Below are positions 8,624 to 17,796 of a stretch of DNA of 32,230 nucleotides, in pieces. Position 1 is the first letter of the stretch. The number at the start of each line of letters is the position of its first letter. This DNA comes from Akkermansiaceae bacterium. GTDB lineage: Bacteria > Verrucomicrobiota > Verrucomicrobiia > Verrucomicrobiales > Akkermansiaceae. Both the position numbers and the translations under genes were made by a program. The DNA is taken from positions 1 through 32,230 of the forward strand of contig JABHEX010000319.1 in the NCBI GenBank assembly GCA_018676385.1, written 5' to 3'. Below the pieces are notes generated by a model, which saw only the letters and a program-made list of their open reading frames with translations, was not told where the DNA came from and made no database searches.

Positions 8624-9463
8624 TTAACAATGGCCACCATGGGCAGTGACCCATTTTCCTTTGATAATAACTTTTTCAAATTCAAGTCCGCAAGCATGCG
8701 CAATCTCACGCGTTTCTTTCCACTGATCACGAAGTATGCCGGAAACGATGAGGTGGCCGTCTTTTTCCAGTGCTGCGGTGATTACTGGAAATGCTTGCTG
8801 CAGGATGGTTGAGAACATGTTGGCGACGATGACCGGCCATTGTCGGTCGGGCTGCCACGTGAGCACGTCTGTTTCGGATATGGTAACCTTTCCTACGTGG
8901 TTTGCGCGCACATTACGCCTCGCGACAGTTACAGCTTGGGGGTCAAAATCCATACCTTGGCATGAGCTTGCACCCAGTTTGCGCGCTGCGATGGCAATGA
9001 CACCAGTGCCAGTGCCGAGGTCGAGCATATCCCATGGCGTGGTGCCCTTTTTTTTGGCGATATCGACAAGCATTCTCATGCAGGTGGACGTGGTGGCGTG
9101 ATCGCCGGTACCGAAAGCCATGTCGGCAGGAATACGAATGATGTGTCTGCTGGGGAACTCTCGGGTCAGCTTATCTATCTCGTTATCGTCTCGCGACCCA
9201 GTTATAATGACTGAGTTTCGGATACGAACTGGTTTACGGTTGGGTTCTTTAATTAAAGCCCAGTTCTTGTGTACAAGTTTCCGAATACTGCCGCCAAATA
9301 ACTTTTTGATGTCTTGGGCCTCAGCTTCGCTGTCTGTGTAAACCTCTACGCGTATCGTTTTTTGGGTCTTCAAACGTGAGATCACGGCATTCGGGTTACC
9401 GTAGAAGCGATCTTCCCACGCGTCCATCCACTGAATACCGGAAAGCTTGGACCAAATCCACAT
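8624..9463 (-). CDS. prmA: 50S ribosomal protein L11 methyltransferase
   Basis: MAFGTGDHATT, LDLGTGTGVIAI, IVAN, LIVSGIL. Confidence 0.9.
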   Translation of the reverse strand: MWIWSKLSGIQWMDAWEDRFYGNPNAVISRLKTQKTIRVEVYTDSEAEAQDIKKLFGGSIRKLVHKNWALIKEPNRKPVRIRNSVIITGSRDDNEIDKLTREFPSRHIIRIPADMAFGTGDHATTSTCMRMLVDIAKKKGTTPWDMLDLGTGTGVIAIAARKLGASSCQGMDFDPQAVTVARRNVRANHVGKVTISETDVLTWQPDRQWPVIVANMFSTILQQAFPVITAALEKDGHLIVSGILRDQWKETREIAHACGLEFEKVIIKGKWVTAHGGHC

Positions 9464-9617
9464 AGCGGCTATTTAAGCATAAGCAGGTGATTATGCCGAA
9501 GTAAAATTTTCAACGTTTCTAAGATAGCGGCGACTTTTCATACTGATGTGCTCAATAGAGCCCTCAATCACGGCTGTTTGGGGTAGTCTAGTATTTGATT
9601 GGCTGGAGGCGATTGTC

Positions 9618-10904
9618 TCAGCTATTCGTCGTTGATTGCGTGTATGCCTTGGCGACTTCCTCGGCGATGATACGGATACCTTCACGCACGCTACGCTCGT
9701 CCATCGTGTAGGTCACGCGGATGCATTCGTTGCGGTGTTGCCATGGTTCGGAATCGTCTAATCCAAAGAAAAAATAATGACCGGAAATGATAAGCACTTC
9801 GCGCTTTTTAAGTCGTTCATAAAGCTCTGCCGAGCTGATGGGCAGACCCTCGAACCACATCCAGAGGAACAGCGCGCCTTCTCGGGCGTGCACGCGGTAG
9901 GGTAGGGAACCGTCAAAAAATTCTTCAACCCACTGACGCGCTTGCTGAGATTTTTTGATGTAGAATGGTTTTACGATTTCATTGCTTAATGAAAGAATCT
10001 CACCACTGCGGACGAGTGGTTCCATCAGGGCTTGACCGACGTTGCCATTTGCTAGTCCTACAATCGCGCTCATGGAAGCGACACCAGCAGCTATATCCTC
10101 ACGCGCTACCACAATGCCTGTGCGAGTTCCGGGAAGCCCGATTTTGGAAAGTGATAGCGTGAGGATAATATTTTCATTCCAAACTGGCGTCGTCTCTGTG
10201 AAGATAATGTTAGGGAATGGAGCACCGTATGCGTTGTCGATGATGAGCGGAATACCGTGTGCATTGGCGATGGTGGCAAGACGTGACATTTCGTTATCTG
10301 TGAGCACGTTGCCGGTCGGGTTCGTTGGGCGCGACACACAGATGGCTGCGATATCATCATCTACGTGTAGGTTATCGAAATCTACACGGTACTTGAAATC
10401 GTGCTCGCCTATTTTTTCGATCTTAGGTCTTACCGCACGAAAGATGTCAGATCCAACTGATTGATTGGCGTAGCCGATGTATTCTGGCACGAGTGGTAGG
10501 AGGATTTTTTTACTGCTACCGTCAGGAAACTTACCAGCGAGCGCGTTAAACAAAAAGAAGAATGCAGTTTGCCCGCCCGCGGTGATGGCAATATTTTTAG
10601 CACTGATATCCCAGCCGAAGCTTTGATTGAAAAGCTCGGCAAGCGCTGCAATGAATTTTGGATTTCCTCGTGGCGGATCGTAGTTAGAGAGAGTTTTTTC
10701 AAGTTCGCCGGGTGTGGAGAGGATCTCCTCCATTCGCTTACGCCAGAGTACATTTACTTCTGGAATGTGTGCAGGTTGCCCGCCACCCAGCATACGTATG
10801 TCAGGCCCGCCAAGCGCCAGCGCGTTGCCTAAATCATCCATTAATTCTTCAATGCCGCTGCCCACACACAGGCGCTGGCCGAATTCTGATAATTGATCAC
10901 TCAT
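9618..10904 (-). CDS. avtA: valine--pyruvate transaminase
   Basis: LSEFGQR..SGIEELMDDL, MLGGGQPAHIP, PEYIGY, VSRPTNPTGNVLTD, IDNAYG, LSKIGLPGTRTG. Confidence 0.9.
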   Translation of the reverse strand: MSDQLSEFGQRLCVGSGIEELMDDLGNALALGGPDIRMLGGGQPAHIPEVNVLWRKRMEEILSTPGELEKTLSNYDPPRGNPKFIAALAELFNQSFGWDISAKNIAITAGGQTAFFFLFNALAGKFPDGSSKKILLPLVPEYIGYANQSVGSDIFRAVRPKIEKIGEHDFKYRVDFDNLHVDDDIAAICVSRPTNPTGNVLTDNEMSRLATIANAHGIPLIIDNAYGAPFPNIIFTETTPVWNENIILTLSLSKIGLPGTRTGIVVAREDIAAGVASMSAIVGLANGNVGQALMEPLVRSGEILSLSNEIVKPFYIKKSQQARQWVEEFFDGSLPYRVHAREGALFLWMWFEGLPISSAELYERLKKREVLIISGHYFFFGLDDSEPWQHRNECIRVTYTMDERSVREGIRIIAEEVAKAYTQSTTNS

Positions 10905-11183
10905 CTTGCGTTAATTCTGCTGTATTGTGGCAGACGTGGTAATATCATCAATAGATTTCACGATGTTGGGACTCATCGTTTTGGATCCTCTACTTAGCCC
11001 GAACCGCAACTTTCCAAAGACTCAATTCTGTAAGAGATAAAAAACACCCCTGTAATCTCAATGGCTGGGTAATTGCCAATTTGGTCTTATCTAGCTTGAT
11101 GAGTGACCAAGTGTTAACCTTGTCCGATGTTTCTTTATTTGCCTGGCGACATTCGAAATGTGGAATTGTCAAAATACTCTATT

Positions 11184-11504
11184 TTATCCCACGAACATGT
11201 GCTCACCGATTTCATCCTCAAGGTCAGCGAAATCATCCGCGTCGATACCAGCATCCCTAATGTTGCGTAGTGTTCTGCGGCTACCGCGCCGGCTGTTGGG
11301 ACCGTTCACTTTATCAGCAACAGTGTCTACCACGGTGGGTGCAAGTGCAGCAACTGCAAGAGCAGCGAGTGTAAAAGCCACGGGGCGACGAGTATCGCGG
11401 TGCATTAAGTCACCAAGAAATACCCCTGCGGCCGCACCAAACATTGCTGGTGCAAACGAAGCGCTAGTTTCGATCCATGATTTTTCTGTTTCATACTGAG
11501 CCAT
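11184..11504 (-). CDS. small hypothetical membrane protein
   Basis: Two hydrophobic segments, then an Arg-rich stretch and an acidic tail; promoter geometry favours ATG 11504 over 11510. Confidence 0.75.
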   Translation of the reverse strand: MAQYETEKSWIETSASFAPAMFGAAAGVFLGDLMHRDTRRPVAFTLAALAVAALAPTVVDTVADKVNGPNSRRGSRRTLRNIRDAGIDADDFADLEDEIGEHMFVG

Positions 11505-11510
11505 ATGCAT

Positions 11511-11539
11511 AGATTACTCTTTGATGGATCAAAATGCAA
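11511..11539 (-). promoter_or_regulatory. putative leaderless promoter of the hypothetical gene
   Basis: TTGCAT-N17-TAATCT-N6-ATG(11504). Confidence 0.55.
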
Positions 11540-11573
11540 AGAGGAAATTAGTGGAGTTTTTTACTCTTCCTGC

Positions 11574-11602
11574 TTTTCATGCCGTGGTAGTCGCACCATG
11601 CT
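11574..11602 (+). promoter_or_regulatory. putative leaderless promoter of manC
   Basis: TTTTCA-N17-CATGCT-N6-ATG(11609). Confidence 0.4.
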
Positions 11603-11608
11603 TCGCGC

Positions 11609-12691
11609 ATGTCCCAACCCGACACCAATCATTACGCTCTCATTCTCGCTGGTGGCAGCGGTACGCGTTTCTGGCCGCTCTCCAGGAATGCACGACCTAA
11701 ACAGCTACTTAACCTATTTGGTGACACTACGCTACTCAATCAGACTATCACTCGGTTAGACGGGCTTGTGCCACGCGAAAATATCCTGATTCTAACTAAT
11801 GCGCTTCAGGAGAAAGCTGTGCGTGAGATAGCATCTGAACTTCCGCCAGAAAATATTTTTGCCGAACCAGCAAAACGAGATACTGCACCAGCCGTGGCGC
11901 TCGGGGTGGCACTCGTTGCTGCCAGAAACCCAAACGCGACGATGATGGTGCTGCCGTCCGATCAGCTCATCAACGACACCGATGCCTACCAGTCCGTCAT
12001 GCGAGACGCAATGACAGCGGCGTCTGAAAATGAGGCGCTGGTCACAGTCGGTATCAAGCCGACATGGCCATGCCCGTCGTTCGGCTACATTGAGCGCGGT
12101 GAACCCGCCAAGCTAGACACCACGCTGACGCACCACCCGCACGAGGTTGATCGCTTTCGCGAAAAACCAGCCCCCGATCTTGCACAAACGTTTTTGGATC
12201 AGGGGAACTTCGCTTGGAATGCTGGGATGTTTATCTGGTCGGTTGCTACAGTCACTGCCGAGCTTGCCGCCCACACGCCTGAGCTTGCTGACTTCATCTC
12301 TGAGATTCGCCAGTCAGATGATGTAAAATTTGCCGTGGCTGAGAAGTTCCCGCAGCTCACGCCGATTTCCATTGACTACGCATTGATGGAGAAGGCTAGT
12401 CGGGTGCTTAATATTGAGGCGACATTCGATTGGGATGACGTTGGCTCATGGATATCTGTGGCTAAGTATCTTGATCAACAAGGCGACAACAATAGCACCA
12501 ACACGCAGCTTGCTGAGATTGACTCCGAGAATAATATTATTTTCAACGCACGCAAGGGTAGTAAAGTTGCCCTGTTAGGTGTTGACGACCTTATTGTCGT
12601 ACAGACCGAGGACGCTTTACTCATTGCTAACCGCCATCAGGCGGATGCCATCAAAGACCTCGGTGCCCAGCTGCCTGACGATTTGCTTTAA
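11609..12691 (+). CDS. manC: mannose-1-phosphate guanylyltransferase
   Basis: ILAGGSGTRFWPLSR..PKQLL, EPAKRDTAPA, FREKP, WNAGMF, SIDYALME, WDDVGSW. Confidence 0.93.
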   Translation: MSQPDTNHYALILAGGSGTRFWPLSRNARPKQLLNLFGDTTLLNQTITRLDGLVPRENILILTNALQEKAVREIASELPPENIFAEPAKRDTAPAVALGVALVAARNPNATMMVLPSDQLINDTDAYQSVMRDAMTAASENEALVTVGIKPTWPCPSFGYIERGEPAKLDTTLTHHPHEVDRFREKPAPDLAQTFLDQGNFAWNAGMFIWSVATVTAELAAHTPELADFISEIRQSDDVKFAVAEKFPQLTPISIDYALMEKASRVLNIEATFDWDDVGSWISVAKYLDQQGDNNSTNTQLAEIDSENNIIFNARKGSKVALLGVDDLIVVQTEDALLIANRHQADAIKDLGAQLPDDLL

Positions 12692-12692
12692 C

Positions 12693-13109
12693 ATGCATGA
12701 CGAACATCCAGTCCTAGCCATCGACCACGGTGATGCCCGTATCGGGATAGCTGCCTCCGATGCTGCTGGAATCATGGCGCACCCAGTGGAAACGATCCAG
12801 GTGCGCGAGGTAGATGCTATCCATCGTATCGCAGAGCTTGTCGCTGCACGTGGGGTGCGGCAAATTGTGTTAGGTTTGCCGTTACGCATGGATGGATCTG
12901 AAGGCGATGCTGCCGTGAAGTGCCGGTTATTTGGTGACAAAATTCGCGCTCGGCTTCCTGAGACACCCCTTCATTTTTGCGATGAAACGATGACCACCAT
13001 GGCTGCTGCTGCAAAACTTCACCAGGCAGGAAAAAATGCAAAGCGCCAGAAAAGTATCATTGATCAAGCAGCCGCTGTAGAGATCTTGAATACTTGGATG
13101 GGATGGTGA
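12693..13109 (+). CDS. ruvX: RuvX/YqgF pre-16S rRNA nuclease (Holliday junction resolvase-like)
   Basis: LAIDHGDARIGIAASD, LGLPLRMDG, DETMTT, IDQAAAVEIL; ATG 1 nt after the manC stop. Confidence 0.92.
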   Translation: MHDEHPVLAIDHGDARIGIAASDAAGIMAHPVETIQVREVDAIHRIAELVAARGVRQIVLGLPLRMDGSEGDAAVKCRLFGDKIRARLPETPLHFCDETMTTMAAAAKLHQAGKNAKRQKSIIDQAAAVEILNTWMGW

Positions 13110-13310
13110 GTGCACCATGTTTGCTGAGTTTGTTTTTTTAGCTGGCTGCTGGATATGAATGGCCCACTCGGTAAGGGCTTTTGAAAATCCTCCTTTCTTT
13201 TTGCAGAAATACCCTAAATAATATCAGTAAGCGGTGCTCGACTGGTAAGGCTATAACTTACAACTTTTTGTCTGTTCAATCGAAGCCGTTCAAAAACCAC
13301 TATTTGCAAC

Positions 13311-14633
13311 ATGAACGAAAAACAAAGTCTCTCATTCTGGCAAATTTGGAATATGTCTTTTGGTTTTCTCGGTATTCAGTTTGGCTGGGGTCTACAAATG
13401 GCAAACATGTCATCGATTTATTCGTTCCTTGGGGCTAAGGAACATGAACTCTCACTGCTATGGATTGCGGCACCTCTTACCGGACTGATCATTCAGCCGA
13501 TTGTGGGTTATATGAGCGACCGGACATGGACAGGGCTCGGGAGGAGGCGACCATATTTTCTCATAGGGGCAATCCTCGCGAGTATTGCCTTGGTGGCAAT
13601 GCCTCATTCGTCAACGCTTTGGATGGCGGTTGGGTTGCTATGGATTTTGGATGCATCGATCAATATTACGATGGAGCCATTTCGCGCTTTTGTGGCGGAT
13701 AAGCTACCGGCGGAGCAACGTGCCAAGGGTTTTTCTGTGCAAAGCTTGTTTATTGGTCTCGGTGCTGTGATTGCTTCTGCGATGCCATGGTTGCTGATTA
13801 ACTGGTTTGGCGTAGAAAGCGGAACGACTGAAGATGGTGCAATTCCCAAGGCGGTAATGATTTCCTTTCACATTGGAGCGGCCGCTCTGTTTGTTGCCGT
13901 GCTGTATACTATCATGACTACGCCTGAGTATCCTCCGGAGGACATGGAGGAATTTGAGCGAATGAAAGCGGATTCGCGGGGTATGGGAGGTTTTCTGGTG
14001 GAACTTGGCAATGGTATAGGATCGATGCCCAAAACGATGCGCCAGCTCGCGGTGGTACAGTTTTTTACTTGGACGGCTCTTTTTTGTATGTGGATTTACT
14101 GGACCCCTGCGATTGCACGCCGAGTTTTTGGTGGTGATCCTAGTAACGAAGCTGCGTGGAAAACCGTGATTGAAGAAGCCGGTGCCTGGACAGGTATCTG
14201 CTTTGCGACTTATAACTTGGTCTGTTTTGCTTTCTCATTTATCCTGCTGGCACTTTCCAGAAAGTTCTCATCGAAGATAATTCACCTCGTTTGCTTGATG
14301 ATTGGTGGTGTAGGCTTAATCAGCGTCATGTTTGTTACCGACCAACAAATGCTACTCGTATCGATGACCGCCGTGGGCATTGCTTGGGCGTCGATTCTAT
14401 CCATGCCTTATGCGATTCTCTCATCCGTGCTTCCTCCGGCCAAAATGGGATTTTACATGGGAGTATTCAATTTCTTCATTGTTATTCCACAAGTTATCGT
14501 CTCACTGACCATGGGTAAAATAGTTGGTAGCGTATTCGGTGGCGACTCCATGATGGCCATCATGATCGGAGGTGTTGCGATGTTCATCGCCGGTTTTTGT
14601 ATGCTTATTGTCGATGAAGAGAGCAGTTTCTAA
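13311..14633 (+). CDS. MFS maltose/alpha-glucoside transporter
   Basis: LSFWQIWNMSFGFLGIQFG, QPIVGYMSDRTW, GRRRPYF, MEPFRAFV, GFYMGVFNFFIVIPQ; about 12 TM segments. Confidence 0.9.
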   Translation: MNEKQSLSFWQIWNMSFGFLGIQFGWGLQMANMSSIYSFLGAKEHELSLLWIAAPLTGLIIQPIVGYMSDRTWTGLGRRRPYFLIGAILASIALVAMPHSSTLWMAVGLLWILDASINITMEPFRAFVADKLPAEQRAKGFSVQSLFIGLGAVIASAMPWLLINWFGVESGTTEDGAIPKAVMISFHIGAAALFVAVLYTIMTTPEYPPEDMEEFERMKADSRGMGGFLVELGNGIGSMPKTMRQLAVVQFFTWTALFCMWIYWTPAIARRVFGGDPSNEAAWKTVIEEAGAWTGICFATYNLVCFAFSFILLALSRKFSSKIIHLVCLMIGGVGLISVMFVTDQQMLLVSMTAVGIAWASILSMPYAILSSVLPPAKMGFYMGVFNFFIVIPQVIVSLTMGKIVGSVFGGDSMMAIMIGGVAMFIAGFCMLIVDEESSF

Positions 14634-14635
14634 AA

Positions 14636-16492
14636 ATGAAACACCTCCTCCTTGCAATGATCCTGATGACGGGCACACTTGCCGCTGTGGAAAATCCTGC
14701 CCGCCCGCATATTTACCAGCTGATGGTTCGCCATTTCGGCAACATCGATGAGTCCCGGATGCCACACGGCACGATGGCTGAGAATGGTTGTGGTAAGTTC
14801 GATGACATTAACGATGCTGCCCTTGAGTCGCTGAAAGACCTTGGTATCAGCCACATCTGGCTAACTGGTGTGTTAGAGCAGGCGAGTTCAACGAGCTATC
14901 CAAACCGATCTGCCGATAACCCGATGCTTGTCAAAGGTAAGGCGGGTTCACCGTATGCGATCCGCGATTATTTTGATGTCTGTCCGGACTATGCGACTGA
15001 TCCCGATAATCGTCTTGATGAGTTTCGTGCTCTACTCAAGCGTATGCATAAATATAAACTTAAGGCGGTGATAGATTTTGTGCCGAATCACGTTGCGCGT
15101 TCATATTCCAGTGACGTGCGGCCTGAATTATCGTTTGGGAAAGACGATGATACAGCTCAGTTTTATACGCCTGATAATAATTTTTTTTATCTCGGAGATT
15201 TGCACCAAGGCGGTGGTGCTCCACTCAGGCTACCAACCAAGAACGGTGCCATTCCTTATCCGCCGGAAAGCAAATTCGGTCGTGTCACAGGCAATAATGT
15301 GATTTCATGGACGCCGTCGATTAACGATTGGTTTGAAACGATCAAACTTAACTACGGCCACAACTTCACCGTCGGTCCGCCGCGTGACGATCTGCATCCA
15401 CTGCCGAAGGAAAATACCAAACTTGATGAGACGCCGAACACCTGGCGTAAAATGGATGCTATTCTTGGCTATTGGCAGGAAATGGGCGTGGATGGATTTC
15501 GTGTGGATATGGCACATATGGTGCCGATGCACTACTGGAAGTGGCAGACCAAGCGGTGCCGAGACCGCGACGCGGATGTCTTTTTCATGGCAGAAGCCTA
15601 TGATGACGATCCATCAAAACTCGTTGATGGGAATGTGCTCGATGCATTAATAGATTCTGGGTTTGACGCCGTCTACGATGATCCAAGCTACGATACCATC
15701 AAACATACTGTCGAAGGAGAGAAGTGGGCGAATGACATCGACGGGGCAGCCAATGTGTTTTCTCCTCGATTCCATAAGTCCCTTCGCTACGCGGAAAATC
15801 ATGATGAAGTTCGGCTTGCTTCGAAACAAAATTGGACCGGTGCTGGCATGGGAATCGGGCGGCCAGTCTCAGCAATTCTCTTTGGCCTTGGGCGAGGTCC
15901 AATCATGCTCTACAATGGTCAGGAGGTAGGCGAAAAAGCGGACGGCGCCGAGGGGTTCAGTGGTGATGATGGGCGTAGTTCGATTTTTGATTACTGGTCG
16001 TTACCGTCGCTAACCCGATGGGTGAATGATCACCAATACGACGGCGCCAGACTGACAAAAGCACAGAAAGATCTGCGTGCCTATTACAGAAGATTGCTCA
16101 AGGTATGTGCCGAACCTGCATTCACTAGAGGAGATTTTTATGGTCTGAACCACGCAAACAAAGATAACGAGCAATACGGCCGCCTCAGTAGAGAAACCGT
16201 ATCTGGTCGCTGGCTCTATTGCTTTTTGCGACGTGACTCAAAATCGGGACAGGCATTTCTTGTGATCGCCAACATTCACCCGTCAAAAGACATGAAGGGC
16301 ATTCGTATCATGCTTCCCGAGGATGCTGTCCAATGGCTAGGCATCGATCTGGAACATAAAAACCAACTTACTTTTGCCGATCAGTTGGGGTCAAAACTCA
16401 AGATCGTTACGGCAAGCGATCGACTATTTTCCGAGGGGATCGAGATCGAGCGCTTTCCCGCAAAAACAGCGGTCTATCTGAAGTTGTACTAG
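14636..16492 (+). CDS. GH13 alpha-amylase family glycosidase with signal peptide
   Basis: DFVPNHVAR, GFRVDMAH (nucleophile), AEAY (acid/base), ENHDE; N-terminal hydrophobic signal. Confidence 0.92.
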   Translation: MKHLLLAMILMTGTLAAVENPARPHIYQLMVRHFGNIDESRMPHGTMAENGCGKFDDINDAALESLKDLGISHIWLTGVLEQASSTSYPNRSADNPMLVKGKAGSPYAIRDYFDVCPDYATDPDNRLDEFRALLKRMHKYKLKAVIDFVPNHVARSYSSDVRPELSFGKDDDTAQFYTPDNNFFYLGDLHQGGGAPLRLPTKNGAIPYPPESKFGRVTGNNVISWTPSINDWFETIKLNYGHNFTVGPPRDDLHPLPKENTKLDETPNTWRKMDAILGYWQEMGVDGFRVDMAHMVPMHYWKWQTKRCRDRDADVFFMAEAYDDDPSKLVDGNVLDALIDSGFDAVYDDPSYDTIKHTVEGEKWANDIDGAANVFSPRFHKSLRYAENHDEVRLASKQNWTGAGMGIGRPVSAILFGLGRGPIMLYNGQEVGEKADGAEGFSGDDGRSSIFDYWSLPSLTRWVNDHQYDGARLTKAQKDLRAYYRRLLKVCAEPAFTRGDFYGLNHANKDNEQYGRLSRETVSGRWLYCFLRRDSKSGQAFLVIANIHPSKDMKGIRIMLPEDAVQWLGIDLEHKNQLTFADQLGSKLKIVTASDRLFSEGIEIERFPAKTAVYLKLY

Positions 16493-16533
16493 CGAGGTGT
16501 GCACTTTAATTTACCCCCTACCGATTGACTCAA

Positions 16534-17316
16534 TCAGATTCTAATATCTAACCACTGTTGCAACGTCTCGGCCGGATCGTTAGTTCGCATTAGGGTTTCG
16601 CCAACTAATATTGCGTTGGCGCCAGCTTCTAACACACGAAGACAATCCGCCGATGTGCGAATGCCAGATTCGCTCACAAGCAGAACATCGTCTCCAACTT
16701 CGTCAGCGAGCTTCGCAGTGGTGGCGAGGTCAGTCTCAAAGGTTTTCAGATTACGATTGTTAATGCCAATGAGATCAGCGCCAAGATCGATGGCGCGTTC
16801 CATTTCAGGCAGGTCATGCACCTCCACGAGCACATCGAGTTGGAAGTCCTTCGCTTCCTTGTAAAGACGGCTCAGTGTTTCGTCGTCCAATGCCGCAACA
16901 ATTAATAGAACGGCATCAGCACCCGATATGATGGCCTCGTAGATTTGGATCTCGTGCCGGATGAAGTCTTTACGAATCAGAGGGATATTAGAAATAGAAG
17001 ATATTTTTGTTAGGTCTGCAAGCGACCCCTTAAAGTATTTTTCATCAGTCAGCACAGACATGCAGCTGGCGCCACCATCGAGATACATACGCGCTTGGCG
17101 GGCAGGATCGAAGTTGGGATCGATCACGCCGGCCGATGGGGATGCATGCTTTACCTCCGCAATGATACCAAGACGGTCCGGTCCAAGGTCCAGAGCTGAA
17201 CGGAAGCCCCCGAAGTCGTTGCGTGATAGCGCGGCCGCTCGGTATTTTTCCAGATGAGGCAGTATTGCCTCCACCTCGGCAAGCTTGTGATCCATGATCT
17301 CGCTAAGAATATCCAT
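16534..17316 (-). CDS. trpC: indole-3-glycerol phosphate synthase
   Basis: IAEVKHASPSAG, SVLTDEKYFKGS, RKDFI, LVEVH, GINNRNL, SESGI. Confidence 0.96.
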   Translation of the reverse strand: MDILSEIMDHKLAEVEAILPHLEKYRAAALSRNDFGGFRSALDLGPDRLGIIAEVKHASPSAGVIDPNFDPARQARMYLDGGASCMSVLTDEKYFKGSLADLTKISSISNIPLIRKDFIRHEIQIYEAIISGADAVLLIVAALDDETLSRLYKEAKDFQLDVLVEVHDLPEMERAIDLGADLIGINNRNLKTFETDLATTAKLADEVGDDVLLVSESGIRTSADCLRVLEAGANAILVGETLMRTNDPAETLQQWLDIRI

Positions 17317-17470
17317 AAGGGTTCTTTAATTTCCAAAATTTAAAATCCAAATACCAAGTTACAAAATACGCATTTTTTTCTAAAAATTGGCTTGTCAGTA
17401 GATTATCGCGGTGTAATTAACACCTCCCTGCGCCTAGCTTACAACATTTGGTGCACAAAACAACACTCAT

Positions 17471-17545
17471 GCGGGTGTAGCTCAGTGGTAGAGCGCGACC
17501 TTGCCAAGGTCGATGTCGAGAGTTCGAATCTCTTCACCCGCTCCA
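17471..17545 (+). tRNA. tRNA-Gly(GCC)
   Basis: GCGGGTG/CACCCGC acceptor stem; TAGCTCAGTGGTAGAGC D-arm; CGACC-TT-GCC-AA-GGTCG anticodon arm; GTTCGAATC T-loop; discriminator T and encoded CCA. Confidence 0.97.
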
Positions 17546-17553
17546 TTTTTCTT

Positions 17554-17585
17554 AAAAGCCTCCCTCGTCTAGGGGGGCTTTTTTT
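17554..17585 (+). terminator. intrinsic terminator after tRNA-Gly
   Basis: AAAAGCCTCCCT-CGTCT-AGGGGGGCTTTTTTT. Confidence 0.85.
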
Positions 17586-17731
17586 GGCCTCCACCAAATT
17601 TTGGGCGAAACCGAATCATTTAAATGCTAAATAAAAAAACCAGCTCGTCATTTAGTATCAATATGCCTCTGCTTTCTAATCAGCGGCCTCCCCATGTACG
17701 TCCCCAGAAATTTTTATAGGTGTGTATTTTA

Positions 17732-17752
17732 TAACGCAAATCAGTTGCATTA
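17732..17752. promoter_or_regulatory. 21-bp palindromic operator, probably for a Fur/Zur-type metal repressor
   Basis: TAACGCAAATCAGTTGCATTA (8 of 10 pairs symmetric), overlapping a TTGCAT -35-like hexamer, 44 nt before the MerC-like/COG0523 operon. Confidence 0.55.
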
Positions 17753-17796
17753 GTTCGTTTTGGAGTTAATAACAGCGCCAACAACTTCTAAGACCG

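Noticed and set aside
13180-13310. LacI-type operator upstream of the MFS gene (GTAAGCGGTGCT)
   Set aside because: Only a half-site, with no dyad symmetry and no LacI gene nearby.
17392-17634. 80-aa ORF
   Set aside because: It overlaps tRNA-Gly and its terminator.
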